IMG/VR virus record: IMGVR_UViG_3300028833_000054
Span: 182,482-246,481 of that record
Direction: 5' to 3' (one strand)
DNA: 64,000 nt
Source of the DNA: a virus
Lineage: Duplodnaviria; Heunggongvirae; Uroviricota; Caudoviricetes
How positions within the stretch are numbered: position 1 is the first letter of the stretch; the number at the start of each line of letters is the position of its first letter. The position numbers and the translations under genes were made by a program. Shown here one piece after another: positions 28,193 through 36,406 of this stretch. The notes under the pieces are model-generated. The model made no database searches. It saw only the letters and a program-made list of their open reading frames with translations, and was not told where the DNA came from.

Positions 28193-29983
28193 TCAATATA
28201 ATAAAGTTGAACTTGGAATAATTTGTATTCTATCAATGAATTCTTGAGGAAACATACTTCTGCTGCTTGACAACAAATTATTGAAACATCCGTCAAGAAT
28301 AAAAGTTACACACCAATCTCTTTCACTTCTTACTCCTCGGCCTACACCTTGAAGAACAGAAATTGTTGTAGTGTCAGAGTACCATTGTGGGTTGAAATCC
28401 CTCTTTGCAGAAATGAATTTATCAGCCAAAGAAGGATAAGGAACCTTCATTATGATTTGGAATCGGCAGAGGTCATCATTTAGAGACAGACCTTCAACAA
28501 GACTCGGTCCTATCAATATTTTATCTGTCGAGTATTTGAAAACCTCTAGGTTGTCCTGTTTTCCTGCAGAGTCCTCATACAAAAGAACTCTTTTTTGTAT
28601 ATCATCAGGTAAAGCTTCTTTAAGTTGCTTTGCAAATGAATAACTTCCTGTCTGAACAATACCTCTTTTTCCTTTATACATATTAATAATATTTCCTATC
28701 ATCTTTGTTATATAAGGAAAACTTGTGTCTTTTTCCTTATATGACATCTTATAATCAGGAACATAGAATATTGGAGATTTTGAATAGTCAAATACTATTG
28801 GAAGTTTATAATACTTATAATTTTTAAAAGCTGTTTCTGTTGCAAATTTATCTGGGTCACCTATTGTTGCTGACATATACAAACGTTTCTTACAATTAGC
28901 ATGAAACGTTCTGTTCATAAGATATGACTCATTAATACAATTGAAAGATATGTCATCTTTCTCTTTGTCATTCTTTACAAGATATATAGTTCCTATTCGG
29001 TCAATGATATTGATATAGTCTTCAAATTTGCAATTGCAGTCAGTAACAAATTCGCAGTCATACAAAAGAGTTCTTGCAGCCTTCGTCAATTTTTCCTGCT
29101 CTTTATCATTACTTCCTCTGCCCAGATCTGACTTTATATATTCTGCCTCTTTTGCAAGTTTACTAATATAAGTGAAATAGTTTCGTAACAATTCTAACAA
29201 CTTGTCTTTATCATTTTCAAGATAGACCTTTTCTCTTATCTCTTCTATCTCGTCAATGAACTTTCCCTTATCTGTCAATCTTGAACCGTCAATAACATTT
29301 CTAAATTTTGTAATATCATTCTTACCAAATCTCGGACTAAAATGATTTTGAACAATATTTACAAGTTTATGTGCTTCATCGCATATAACAAAATCTCTAG
29401 AGTCAAACGGAACTACTGTACTTCCATTTGCTCTCAACTGAGGATTGACATAATTCTGTTGCAACAACCAATGAGTATACGTACAACAAGTTACTGGAGC
29501 TTTGATTGCTTTTTCTCGCTCTACCATATACTCACAAAACGGAGCACACTCTGTATAAAATGATTGTATTTCACCATAGCTTCTTGCTCCTTGCAATTTG
29601 CAAACACCAACTTTGAAATTAAGTCCATTAATCAAACAAGTGTAAGTTTGCTGTCCGCGTATTACACCCCAATTCGGAAGATAAATTTGTATATCATTTT
29701 GATACTGCTCTAACAATGACAAATCAGAGATTAGTATATATCCTCGCATATCAAAATACTCAGACAATACTCCTCCAATTGTCATTGCTATTACAGATTT
29801 TCCAGAACCTGTCGGCGCATCAAGAATAACATTGTCAGTGTCATTCAACCAATTAAGAATAATTCCGATTGCTGTTTCCTTCTGTTTTGGGCGATATTTG
29901 AAAGTTGGTCCAAATGTGTTCTTTGCCCATTCATCAACAAGTTCAGTAAGTTTTTCTTTAGTTATATTCTTGTCGTACTTCAT
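28193..29983 (-). CDS. SF2 DNA helicase, Rad3/XPD/DinG-like with putative Fe-S cluster domain
   Basis: Walker A DAPTGSGKS. Four Cys between Walker A and B (TCLING...VCKL...TECAPFCEY). DEAH box VICDEAHKL. Motif VI QGVGRGVRS. Confidence 0.65.
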   Translation of the reverse strand: MKYDKNITKEKLTELVDEWAKNTFGPTFKYRPKQKETAIGIILNWLNDTDNVILDAPTGSGKSVIAMTIGGVLSEYFDMRGYILISDLSLLEQYQNDIQIYLPNWGVIRGQQTYTCLINGLNFKVGVCKLQGARSYGEIQSFYTECAPFCEYMVEREKAIKAPVTCCTYTHWLLQQNYVNPQLRANGSTVVPFDSRDFVICDEAHKLVNIVQNHFSPRFGKNDITKFRNVIDGSRLTDKGKFIDEIEEIREKVYLENDKDKLLELLRNYFTYISKLAKEAEYIKSDLGRGSNDKEQEKLTKAARTLLYDCEFVTDCNCKFEDYINIIDRIGTIYLVKNDKEKDDISFNCINESYLMNRTFHANCKKRLYMSATIGDPDKFATETAFKNYKYYKLPIVFDYSKSPIFYVPDYKMSYKEKDTSFPYITKMIGNIINMYKGKRGIVQTGSYSFAKQLKEALPDDIQKRVLLYEDSAGKQDNLEVFKYSTDKILIGPSLVEGLSLNDDLCRFQIIMKVPYPSLADKFISAKRDFNPQWYSDTTTISVLQGVGRGVRSERDWCVTFILDGCFNNLLSSSRSMFPQEFIDRIQIIPSSTLLY

Positions 29984-30015
29984 TATGATATTATATCACA
30001 AGTAACAAATTAAGA

Positions 30016-30567
30016 TTACTTTTTAATCCAATATCCGTAAATTGAATAATTGCCGCAATCCCAAATATCATAATACTTGCCGTCCCTTGATGAGGAATAG
30101 TGTCCAGAGAGGCTCAATACTGCCGGATTAGTATTCTGTTTAGCAAACTCAGAAACCTTTGGACGCGTCATTCCTTTGCTTACCTTGACAGGAACCCAAA
30201 CAAATCCCTCATCAGTAAGATATTTGTCAACCACTTCACGTTCAGCTGGCATCAACTGCATCTTCCTTCCGATTTCACAGAGCTTATCATATACAGTATA
30301 CCAAGATTTTCCAAGAGCCTTTGCAACTGCTCTTACAGAACAGTCACCACAAACATGGTCATTAGGTTGAAAATACTCGAAATTGTCGTGATAAATTCTT
30401 ACTTTCTTTCTGCCGATTTTGATAATTTTCTGCAGAGTAATTGGTATAGAATATCCCATATTAAATATCATTAAATCCCATGCACTCTCTATTGAACTGT
30501 ATAATAGGATTATTTGTTGAAACATATCCTCTATAGATAGTATCTCTAATCTGTTCAATCGGATCAA
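30016..30567 (-). CDS. Hypothetical protein; possible papain-fold (C39-like) cysteine peptidase
   Basis: QPNDHVCGDCSVRAVAKALGKSW resembles the Q...DCGxA...G active-site region of C39-type peptidases, with a downstream His (SGHYS). Weak. Confidence 0.3.
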   Translation of the reverse strand: MIRLNRLEILSIEDMFQQIILLYSSIESAWDLMIFNMGYSIPITLQKIIKIGRKKVRIYHDNFEYFQPNDHVCGDCSVRAVAKALGKSWYTVYDKLCEIGRKMQLMPAEREVVDKYLTDEGFVWVPVKVSKGMTRPKVSEFAKQNTNPAVLSLSGHYSSSRDGKYYDIWDCGNYSIYGYWIKK

Positions 30568-31003
30568 AAATACATCTGCTCAATATATTGCACATTAAAA
30601 TATTTGAACTGTCTATAAGATTCTGGTCCTCAGGAAGATTGTATCGTCTTGCCTCGCTAAGCTCTGATACAAACATACCAGTTGCAAAAGCATTCAAATC
30701 ATACTTCTCTGCAAAGATATTGGCATTGCACCAGAAACAAATGCACTCCTTGTCTCTGAAGAACTGCAAATCTCTTGAAGTAACCAAATACCTCCAATCA
30801 TATCTCATATCAAGAAGACCGAGCTCAGTGCCGTGACCAAGAAATACAATTCTGTCATGGGTTCGAAGAGCATCTGTAAGTACATTCCTTGATATATGAT
30901 TTCCTGTAATAAGAGTAACATTGTCCCACCGCAAATAGTCCTGGTAAATTGCAGAACAAAATGCAGTAGAAGGGTCAGTTGGATGAATGAACAATGTTCT
31001 CAT
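30461..31003 (-). CDS. Hypothetical protein
   Basis: 180-aa ORF. Its 3' end overlaps the 30016-30567 ORF by 107 nt, so one of the two may use a later start. Confidence 0.35.
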   Translation of the reverse strand: MRTLFIHPTDPSTAFCSAIYQDYLRWDNVTLITGNHISRNVLTDALRTHDRIVFLGHGTELGLLDMRYDWRYLVTSRDLQFFRDKECICFWCNANIFAEKYDLNAFATGMFVSELSEARRYNLPEDQNLIDSSNILMCNILSRCIFDPIEQIRDTIYRGYVSTNNPIIQFNRECMGFNDI

Positions 31004-31054
31004 ATTATACTTTATTTAATACAAATATATGTACTTTTTTGTAAAAAAGAAAAT

Positions 31055-31074
31055 GGAGAGTATTTCTACTCTCC
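31055..31074 (-). terminator. Terminator-like hairpin
   Basis: ggagagta/tactctcc 8-bp stem with a 4-nt loop, flanked by an A7 run, downstream of the flotillin gene stop (31097). Confidence 0.45.
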
Positions 31075-31096
31075 ATCATATTGACAGGCAAGAGGT

Positions 31097-32881
31097 TTAG
31101 TCGTTGAGCGGCTGCTGCGGCTGTTCTTCAGCGGGCTGCTGTCCGTTCAGACCCTGGCCCATACCCGCACCGAGGGCGGCGCCAGCGAGAAGGCCGGCAG
31201 CATTCTTGAACCAGTTTCCACTCTGACCGGGGAGAGGAATGCTGTCCACAGCACCGATGGTAGGGGCGACAGTCTGAACCATGTTCTTCATGAAGTTGGC
31301 AGCGGTCTTACCATCTCCGGAGTCGTAGATGTTGATGTTGCCAAGGTTCATCTTCTCGAAGGCAGCGGCCTGAGCCTTAGCCATATCGGTGTAATTAATC
31401 TTTTCAACAATCTTGAACTGGATTGCAATTTCAGGGTGAGCCTCAGAGGCCTCAAGCATCTGCTTGTACGCTTCAGCTTCAGCGAGCAAGGACTGTTTCT
31501 TACCTTCAGCTTCAGCAAGCAACTTAGCCTGACTTGCCTTAGCCTCAGCCTCACCTCTCATGCGGGTAGCCTCAGCATCAGCCTTAGCTCTGGCAAGAGT
31601 AGCGGCAGAATAACCATCAGCTTCCTTCTTGAGCTTCTCCGCTTCAGCCTCAGCCTTAATGACGGTCTCCTTCTTGGCCATTTCAGCAGGAATAACCTTT
31701 TCCGCCTGGAGCTGCTGTTCAACCTTAGCAGCCTTGGCAGCTTCAACCTCACGTTCCTTTTCCTGACGCTTGATAGCAACCTGGGTCTCAGCATCAACCT
31801 GAGCTTCACCAGCAAGACGCTTAGCCTCTGCCTTCTTCACCTCAAGTTCAGCCTCAGACTGGGCAACTTCCTGCTTAGCAAGGTTAGTAGCAACCTGAGC
31901 CTTCTTGTCAGCATTGGCCTGACGGATGTCACGGTCAGCCTCAGCTTCAGCGACCTTTGCTTCCTTGTCAGCATTGGCCTTAGCCACATTGGTCTCCTTG
32001 TCAGCGTTGGCCTGAGCAACACTGGTCTCCTTCTCCGCGATAGCGCGAGCGACGTTGGTCTCCTTTTCAGCCTTAGCCTGCTCAACACCAGTGATACGTT
32101 CCTTTTCGGCCTGAGCAATAGCAAGGTCACGAGTCTTATTGGCATCAGCAACCTTAGACTTCTCTTCAGCATCTGCCTTAGCAATTGCAATCTCCTTCTC
32201 CTTGTTCTCACCAGCAATCCTGGACTTACCGAGTTTCTCCTGCTCAGCGATGCGGAACAGAGCTTCATTCTCCGTACGGGCAGCAGCTTCCTTACCCATA
32301 TTGACAATGATGTTGGCAGCATCCTGAATGTTGATGATGTTGATGTTCATCAGCTTCAGACCGTACTTCTTAAGTTCGTTGGTCACGTTCTCCGTAATCA
32401 TCTGCTGGAACTTCTCACGGTCAGTATTCATTTCAGAAATAGTCAACCGCGCGATGACGATACGCATCTGACCGTAAATAACCTCAGAGACAAGTTTTTC
32501 AATATCTCGCGGTTCCATTCCGAGCAAACGTTCTGCAGCAGTCTGCATCATAGCATCATCAGTATCAATTGCCACAGTAAGGTTGGTAGGAACATCAACA
32601 CGAATGTTCTCAGCAGAAAGAGCTCCCTTGAAATCAAGGTTCATCTGAATAGGCTGCAAGGACATAGTGGCATAACCCTGGACGATAGGCCACACAAAAG
32701 TACCCTTACCGTGAACAATCTTTGCAGAACGAATAGAACCTGCCTTTCCGGTCTTACCGTACTTGATAAGGATTTCATTAGGCTTACACTTCACATAATG
32801 TTTGATGACAACAAAGACGGAAGCGATGAGGACGGCGACGAGGACGCCAATCAAGATAGCAGCATTAACACTAATACTCAT
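31097..32881 (-). CDS. Flotillin-like SPFH/band-7 protein (YqiK/FloT-like) with long Ala/Glu/Lys coiled-coil and Gly-rich C-terminus
   Basis: N-terminal TM helix, SPFH domain (KPNEILIKYGKTGKAG...IVQGYATMSLQPIQ), then ~300 aa of AEAEA/KAEAE heptad-like repeats including five 12-aa KANADKETNVA repeats. Very high GC (about 55-60%) compared with the rest of the window. Confidence 0.75.
   Translation of the reverse strand: MSISVNAAILIGVLVAVLIASVFVVIKHYVKCKPNEILIKYGKTGKAGSIRSAKIVHGKGTFVWPIVQGYATMSLQPIQMNLDFKGALSAENIRVDVPTNLTVAIDTDDAMMQTAAERLLGMEPRDIEKLVSEVIYGQMRIVIARLTISEMNTDREKFQQMITENVTNELKKYGLKLMNINIINIQDAANIIVNMGKEAAARTENEALFRIAEQEKLGKSRIAGENKEKEIAIAKADAEEKSKVADANKTRDLAIAQAEKERITGVEQAKAEKETNVARAIAEKETSVAQANADKETNVAKANADKEAKVAEAEADRDIRQANADKKAQVATNLAKQEVAQSEAELEVKKAEAKRLAGEAQVDAETQVAIKRQEKEREVEAAKAAKVEQQLQAEKVIPAEMAKKETVIKAEAEAEKLKKEADGYSAATLARAKADAEATRMRGEAEAKASQAKLLAEAEGKKQSLLAEAEAYKQMLEASEAHPEIAIQFKIVEKINYTDMAKAQAAAFEKMNLGNINIYDSGDGKTAANFMKNMVQTVAPTIGAVDSIPLPGQSGNWFKNAAGLLAGAALGAGMGQGLNGQQPAEEQPQQPLND
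31890..32085 (-). repeat. Imperfect tandem DNA repeats (~36-39 bp unit, ~5 copies) encoding the KANADKETNVA coiled-coil repeats
   Basis: Recurring cttgtcagcattggcct / ggtctccttgtcagcgttggcctgagc units. Confidence 0.6.
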
Positions 32882-32917
32882 AATAAATTGTATTGTTAAA
32901 AATTAGTAAATAATTGA

Positions 32918-33544
32918 TTAAGCTTTGGAAGTACTTTCCGAGTCAGGAGTAGAACAAGGAGTACAGTAAATAGTAGTATTAACTTCAGATGTACTGTGAA
33001 CCCTTGAAATGTATGCATAGTCACCAGTCTTAAAATCGTCTGCAATATATCCGGTGTCAGGATGTGCAATAATTTCATTGATACGACCGTCCTGCTCAAT
33101 CTGCAGAATGACAATACCATTGCCTACAGTATACACCTGTCCATGCCGTCCAACAAGATCAGTCGGTTTTTCATGTACAATTGTTCCTTCAAGTTTCATA
33201 CATGCTCGGTAAGCAAGTAGCAGCAAGAAGAACATAACAATGCCGACAAAAACAGCAAGAACAGCATTCCAACCTTCAAGGCCAAACAACGCCCAAGAAC
33301 AAGAAAAACCTACACCAAAATTGATAAATCCCTTAAGAGAGAAAACATCAGATACTGAAAATCCGTATCCATCAACATTGGCATCAGCATCAGGAGTGCC
33401 ATCACCATCAAAATCAATGTCTCCATCGGCATCAACATCTCCGCCAGCAAGGGCAAGAATGACCTTAACGACAAAGAAAAGAAGGAAAAACAAAGCAACC
33501 CAACCACCAGTAGGATCTTTGATAATACTAATAAGAGGAATCAT
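32918..33544 (-). CDS. NfeD-like membrane protein (YqiJ-type partner of flotillin)
   Basis: Multi-TM N-terminal half plus C-terminal OB-fold beta-barrel (GRHGQVYTVGNGIVILQIEQDGRINEIIAHPD). Sits immediately upstream of the SPFH gene, as in bacterial nfeD-flotillin operons. Elevated GC. Confidence 0.6.
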   Translation of the reverse strand: MIPLISIIKDPTGGWVALFFLLFFVVKVILALAGGDVDADGDIDFDGDGTPDADANVDGYGFSVSDVFSLKGFINFGVGFSCSWALFGLEGWNAVLAVFVGIVMFFLLLLAYRACMKLEGTIVHEKPTDLVGRHGQVYTVGNGIVILQIEQDGRINEIIAHPDTGYIADDFKTGDYAYISRVHSTSEVNTTIYCTPCSTPDSESTSKA

Positions 33545-33607
33545 ATAATTATTACTTTAAAATTTACAATATAAATATATGTAATTTAGTTGATACTAAA
33601 AAATATT

Positions 33608-33811
33608 TTAGGAAATTATATTCTTATTATCATTTCCTTCTTTGAGTCCGTGTGCAAATCCATATTCATATACTTCATCAAGAACCTCAGTAATAGTTTT
33701 TGTTGAATACATTATATCTGAATATGCTTCTCTAATAATTTCTTTTTTTGTTTTCATTTTATGCTTCTGGAATTTCATCTGAAAATGGAGCAGGAGACGG
33801 TTTGATTGCAA
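33608..33811 (-). CDS. Hypothetical small protein
   Basis: 67-aa ORF. Confidence 0.3.
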   Translation of the reverse strand: MQSNRLLLHFQMKFQKHKMKTKKEIIREAYSDIMYSTKTITEVLDEVYEYGFAHGLKEGNDNKNIIS

Positions 33812-34064
33812 CTAAACCGCTATCTGCTTCAAGTTGATTTTTGTATTCTTTTGCTTTGTTCAAATACCAGTCTTCCTTCTTAAGGTCTTGTTCAATAGGA
33901 GTTTCTGGCTTCTCGCCAAGACGCAACCTATATTTAAATGCAGTCATTTCACACCAAAGAGCTGTTGCTGCAGTTCCAAAAACTCTTCTCAAAATCTCAA
34001 TTGCCTCAATATCATACTTGTTGTAATGAGACGGATGGTTCACCATTTCGTAATCTTTTGCCAT
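33759..34064 (-). CDS. Hypothetical protein
   Basis: 101-aa ORF. Overlaps the previous ORF by 53 nt. Confidence 0.35.
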   Translation of the reverse strand: MAKDYEMVNHPSHYNKYDIEAIEILRRVFGTAATALWCEMTAFKYRLRLGEKPETPIEQDLKKEDWYLNKAKEYKNQLEADSGLVAIKPSPAPFSDEIPEA

Positions 34065-34348
34065 ATTCTATAAAATATATTCTTTTTCTTTTTATTGATA
34101 TCTTTAATAATACTTCTTACTACTTCTCCGTAGCACTGACTAGGAGATAAAGGATCTGAGAAATAGAAATCATCGCCATAATATGCTTTAATCAGTTCTA
34201 CTGAAATTTTATTGTATATAGCCAATTGATTTCTATAAGCATGATATTCATATTCTTCTATAAGCATTAATTTGTCACCACGCTCTGCTTGCTCAAATTC
34301 TATATTATCAAACCACTTACCAAATATATCATAATCACCATCACCCAT
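34040..34348 (-). CDS. Hypothetical protein
   Basis: 102-aa ORF. Confidence 0.35.
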   Translation of the reverse strand: MGDGDYDIFGKWFDNIEFEQAERGDKLMLIEEYEYHAYRNQLAIYNKISVELIKAYYGDDFYFSDPLSPSQCYGEVVRSIIKDINKKKKNIFYRIWQKITKW

Positions 34349-34349
34349 A

Positions 34350-35153
34350 TCACTTAATCATATTGAGATATTCATCTTCAGTGAACTTAGAAATTCCTAA
34401 CTCATTGGCTTTCTTAATCTTAGCAGCACCTGCTTTGTCACCAACAATAAGAAATGTCAATCCTCTGGATATTCCAGATGCATATGTACCACCATTTGCA
34501 ATAACAGATTCTTTGATTTCATCTCTAGAGAAGTTCTTTAAAGTACCTGTTGCAAGAATAGTCATTCCGAACAATTTGTTACCAGTTGTCATAGGCTTAT
34601 CAAACTTTGTATTAAAATATTTGTAAACATTCTGAAGTTCTTCCTTTTCAGATGCCATGTAATTATGTACATTATTTCCTGCAACTTCACCAAGAACACC
34701 AACAACATCATCTAATGATGCCTTTTCTATTTCTTCAATAGAACCAAATCTCTCAAGAAGTTTCTTAGCATTTACTTTTCCAATACCTGCAATACCAAGA
34801 GACATCAAAACATTTTCTGCCTTTGCTTTGTTTCTTGAATTCATCAATTCATCAACAATATTTCTTGCAACAACTGGTCCACAACCTGCATGCTGCAATT
34901 GTTCTGCAGTAAGATTATATAAATCCCACCAGTTTCTGATATTAAGTGCAGGAACAATCTTTCGGAGAGTCTTTTCAGACAATCCATCAATATTCATACA
35001 CTCCTTAGTTACAAAATAATTTAATTTTGCAATTCTTCTTTCTTCACAATCAGGATTGCTACAATAAAGATGAGCACCATCTTCAAGGAGTCTTACTATC
35101 GGAGCTCCACAAAACGGACAAACAGTCGGTTCTTCAATTTTAATAGCTTTCAT
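34350..35153 (-). CDS. ligA: NAD-dependent DNA ligase, C-terminal fragment (Zn-finger, HhH and BRCT domains)
   Basis: CPFCGAPIVRLLEDGAHLYCSNPDC (Cys4 Zn finger), HhH region, and BRCT GMTILATGTLKNFSRDEIKESVIANGGTYASGISRGLTFLIVGDKAGAAKIKKANELGISKFTEDEYLNMI. The start codon overlaps the stop of the inserted GT2 gene (TAATG). Confidence 0.8.
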   Translation of the reverse strand: MKAIKIEEPTVCPFCGAPIVRLLEDGAHLYCSNPDCEERRIAKLNYFVTKECMNIDGLSEKTLRKIVPALNIRNWWDLYNLTAEQLQHAGCGPVVARNIVDELMNSRNKAKAENVLMSLGIAGIGKVNAKKLLERFGSIEEIEKASLDDVVGVLGEVAGNNVHNYMASEKEELQNVYKYFNTKFDKPMTTGNKLFGMTILATGTLKNFSRDEIKESVIANGGTYASGISRGLTFLIVGDKAGAAKIKKANELGISKFTEDEYLNMIK

Positions 35154-36406
35154 TAATTAGCAGGAGTATATATGTTACACAATGTTTTTAATTTTTCCTT
35201 TTCAAAAGGTTTACTCATATCAGTGCATTGATATTCTTCATTCCACAAAGGGTCATCAGAACCAAGTTCAAGAATTCTATTATGAATTTGTTCATCATAT
35301 TTTTTTCTCAAAAGAGAATTGGTTCTTTGTATTTCATCAAACCTATGTGATTGAGCAGTAGTTCCATCCCTTCTTGTTGTATTGTTTCCTTCATGTTGAA
35401 TATACAAAACTTTATCAACAATAGAAATTTTTCCATACAGAAATGTGCGAATCAACAAATCCATATCATCAAGAACTGATAACTCTATATTATGACCGCC
35501 AATCTTATGATAAAATTCTTTTTTCCAACATCTAACATGATTAGGAAGAGCATGAATTCCTCTGACAGAAACTGCATTAACAAGTGCAGTCAATGCAATA
35601 TTTCGTTCTTGGCCCATTACAAATACTTTTCTGTATTCGCCAAGACCATAAGCAAAATTCTCAGAATAATAAATTTCATGTCCATTTACTTCTTCCATTG
35701 CATGAGAATAAACAAAATCACTGTCAGGATATGCAGCAAAAGTATTATTCAGTTGTTCAAGACAATCTGGAAGAAGTTCATCATCATGGTCTACTTCAAC
35801 AAGATAATCTCCATCACAAGCAGAAGCAATCATATGCTTGTTGAAACCAATATTTCCATGATTAGTGATATTCTTGACTACTACAATTCTTGGGTCATGG
35901 AAATGTTCAATCATTTCAGAAGTAGCAGGAGAAGTACTATCATCAAGAATATACCAATTCCAATTGTGATAAGTTTGATTTAGCAAAGACTCATACAGTC
36001 TTACAAACATCTTTTTTGGAGTATTGAATGTACAAGTGAAAATTGAAAACAACTTTACTTCTTGTGGACGTTCTCTATTAATATTATTAAGAAATACTCC
36101 AATAATTGCTCTTGCTAAAGTATCAGGTTCAAAAGTATCTTTGTGAATCCATTTCTTTCTGAACTCAAATGACATTTCATTAAGAGGTTTGAAATCAATA
36201 TTTTCACCTACTGTAATAATACAATCAAATCCTTTTGCTTTATTGAGTTCAGACAAAAGATTGTTAGTATTTTTAACTATATGAAAATCAAACCCTTTCT
36301 CACCATAATACCACTTATACTCTGGGTCAGTTGAAGTAGTGACCAAAGAGTAATCATGTTCATCGGCGAGAGGGTCAATGATAAATGCTGAAATTCTATT
36401 CTTCAT
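35153..36406 (-). CDS. GT2-family (GT-A fold) glycosyltransferase inserted between the two halves of ligA
   Basis: FSIFTCTFNTPKKMFVRLYESLLNQTYHNWNWYILDDSTSPAT (classic GT2 N-terminus) and DxD motif VEVDHDDELLPD. Extra ~130-aa N-terminal domain of unknown function. Both ends overlap the ligA fragments by 1 nt. Confidence 0.7.
   Translation of the reverse strand: MKNRISAFIIDPLADEHDYSLVTTSTDPEYKWYYGEKGFDFHIVKNTNNLLSELNKAKGFDCIITVGENIDFKPLNEMSFEFRKKWIHKDTFEPDTLARAIIGVFLNNINRERPQEVKLFSIFTCTFNTPKKMFVRLYESLLNQTYHNWNWYILDDSTSPATSEMIEHFHDPRIVVVKNITNHGNIGFNKHMIASACDGDYLVEVDHDDELLPDCLEQLNNTFAAYPDSDFVYSHAMEEVNGHEIYYSENFAYGLGEYRKVFVMGQERNIALTALVNAVSVRGIHALPNHVRCWKKEFYHKIGGHNIELSVLDDMDLLIRTFLYGKISIVDKVLYIQHEGNNTTRRDGTTAQSHRFDEIQRTNSLLRKKYDEQIHNRILELGSDDPLWNEEYQCTDMSKPFEKEKLKTLCNIYTPAN

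Noticed and set aside
31348-32899. Long plus-strand ORF (487 aa) and several Arg/Leu-rich minus-strand ORFs overlapping the flotillin gene
   Set aside because: They are generated by GC-rich, repeat-rich coding DNA read in wrong frames or strand. They have low-complexity L/S/R composition and no motifs. The SPFH/coiled-coil frame is the coherent one.
35492-35983. 163-aa plus-strand ORF inside the GT2 gene that splits ligA
   Set aside because: It is antisense to a well-supported GT2 ORF, with no motifs.
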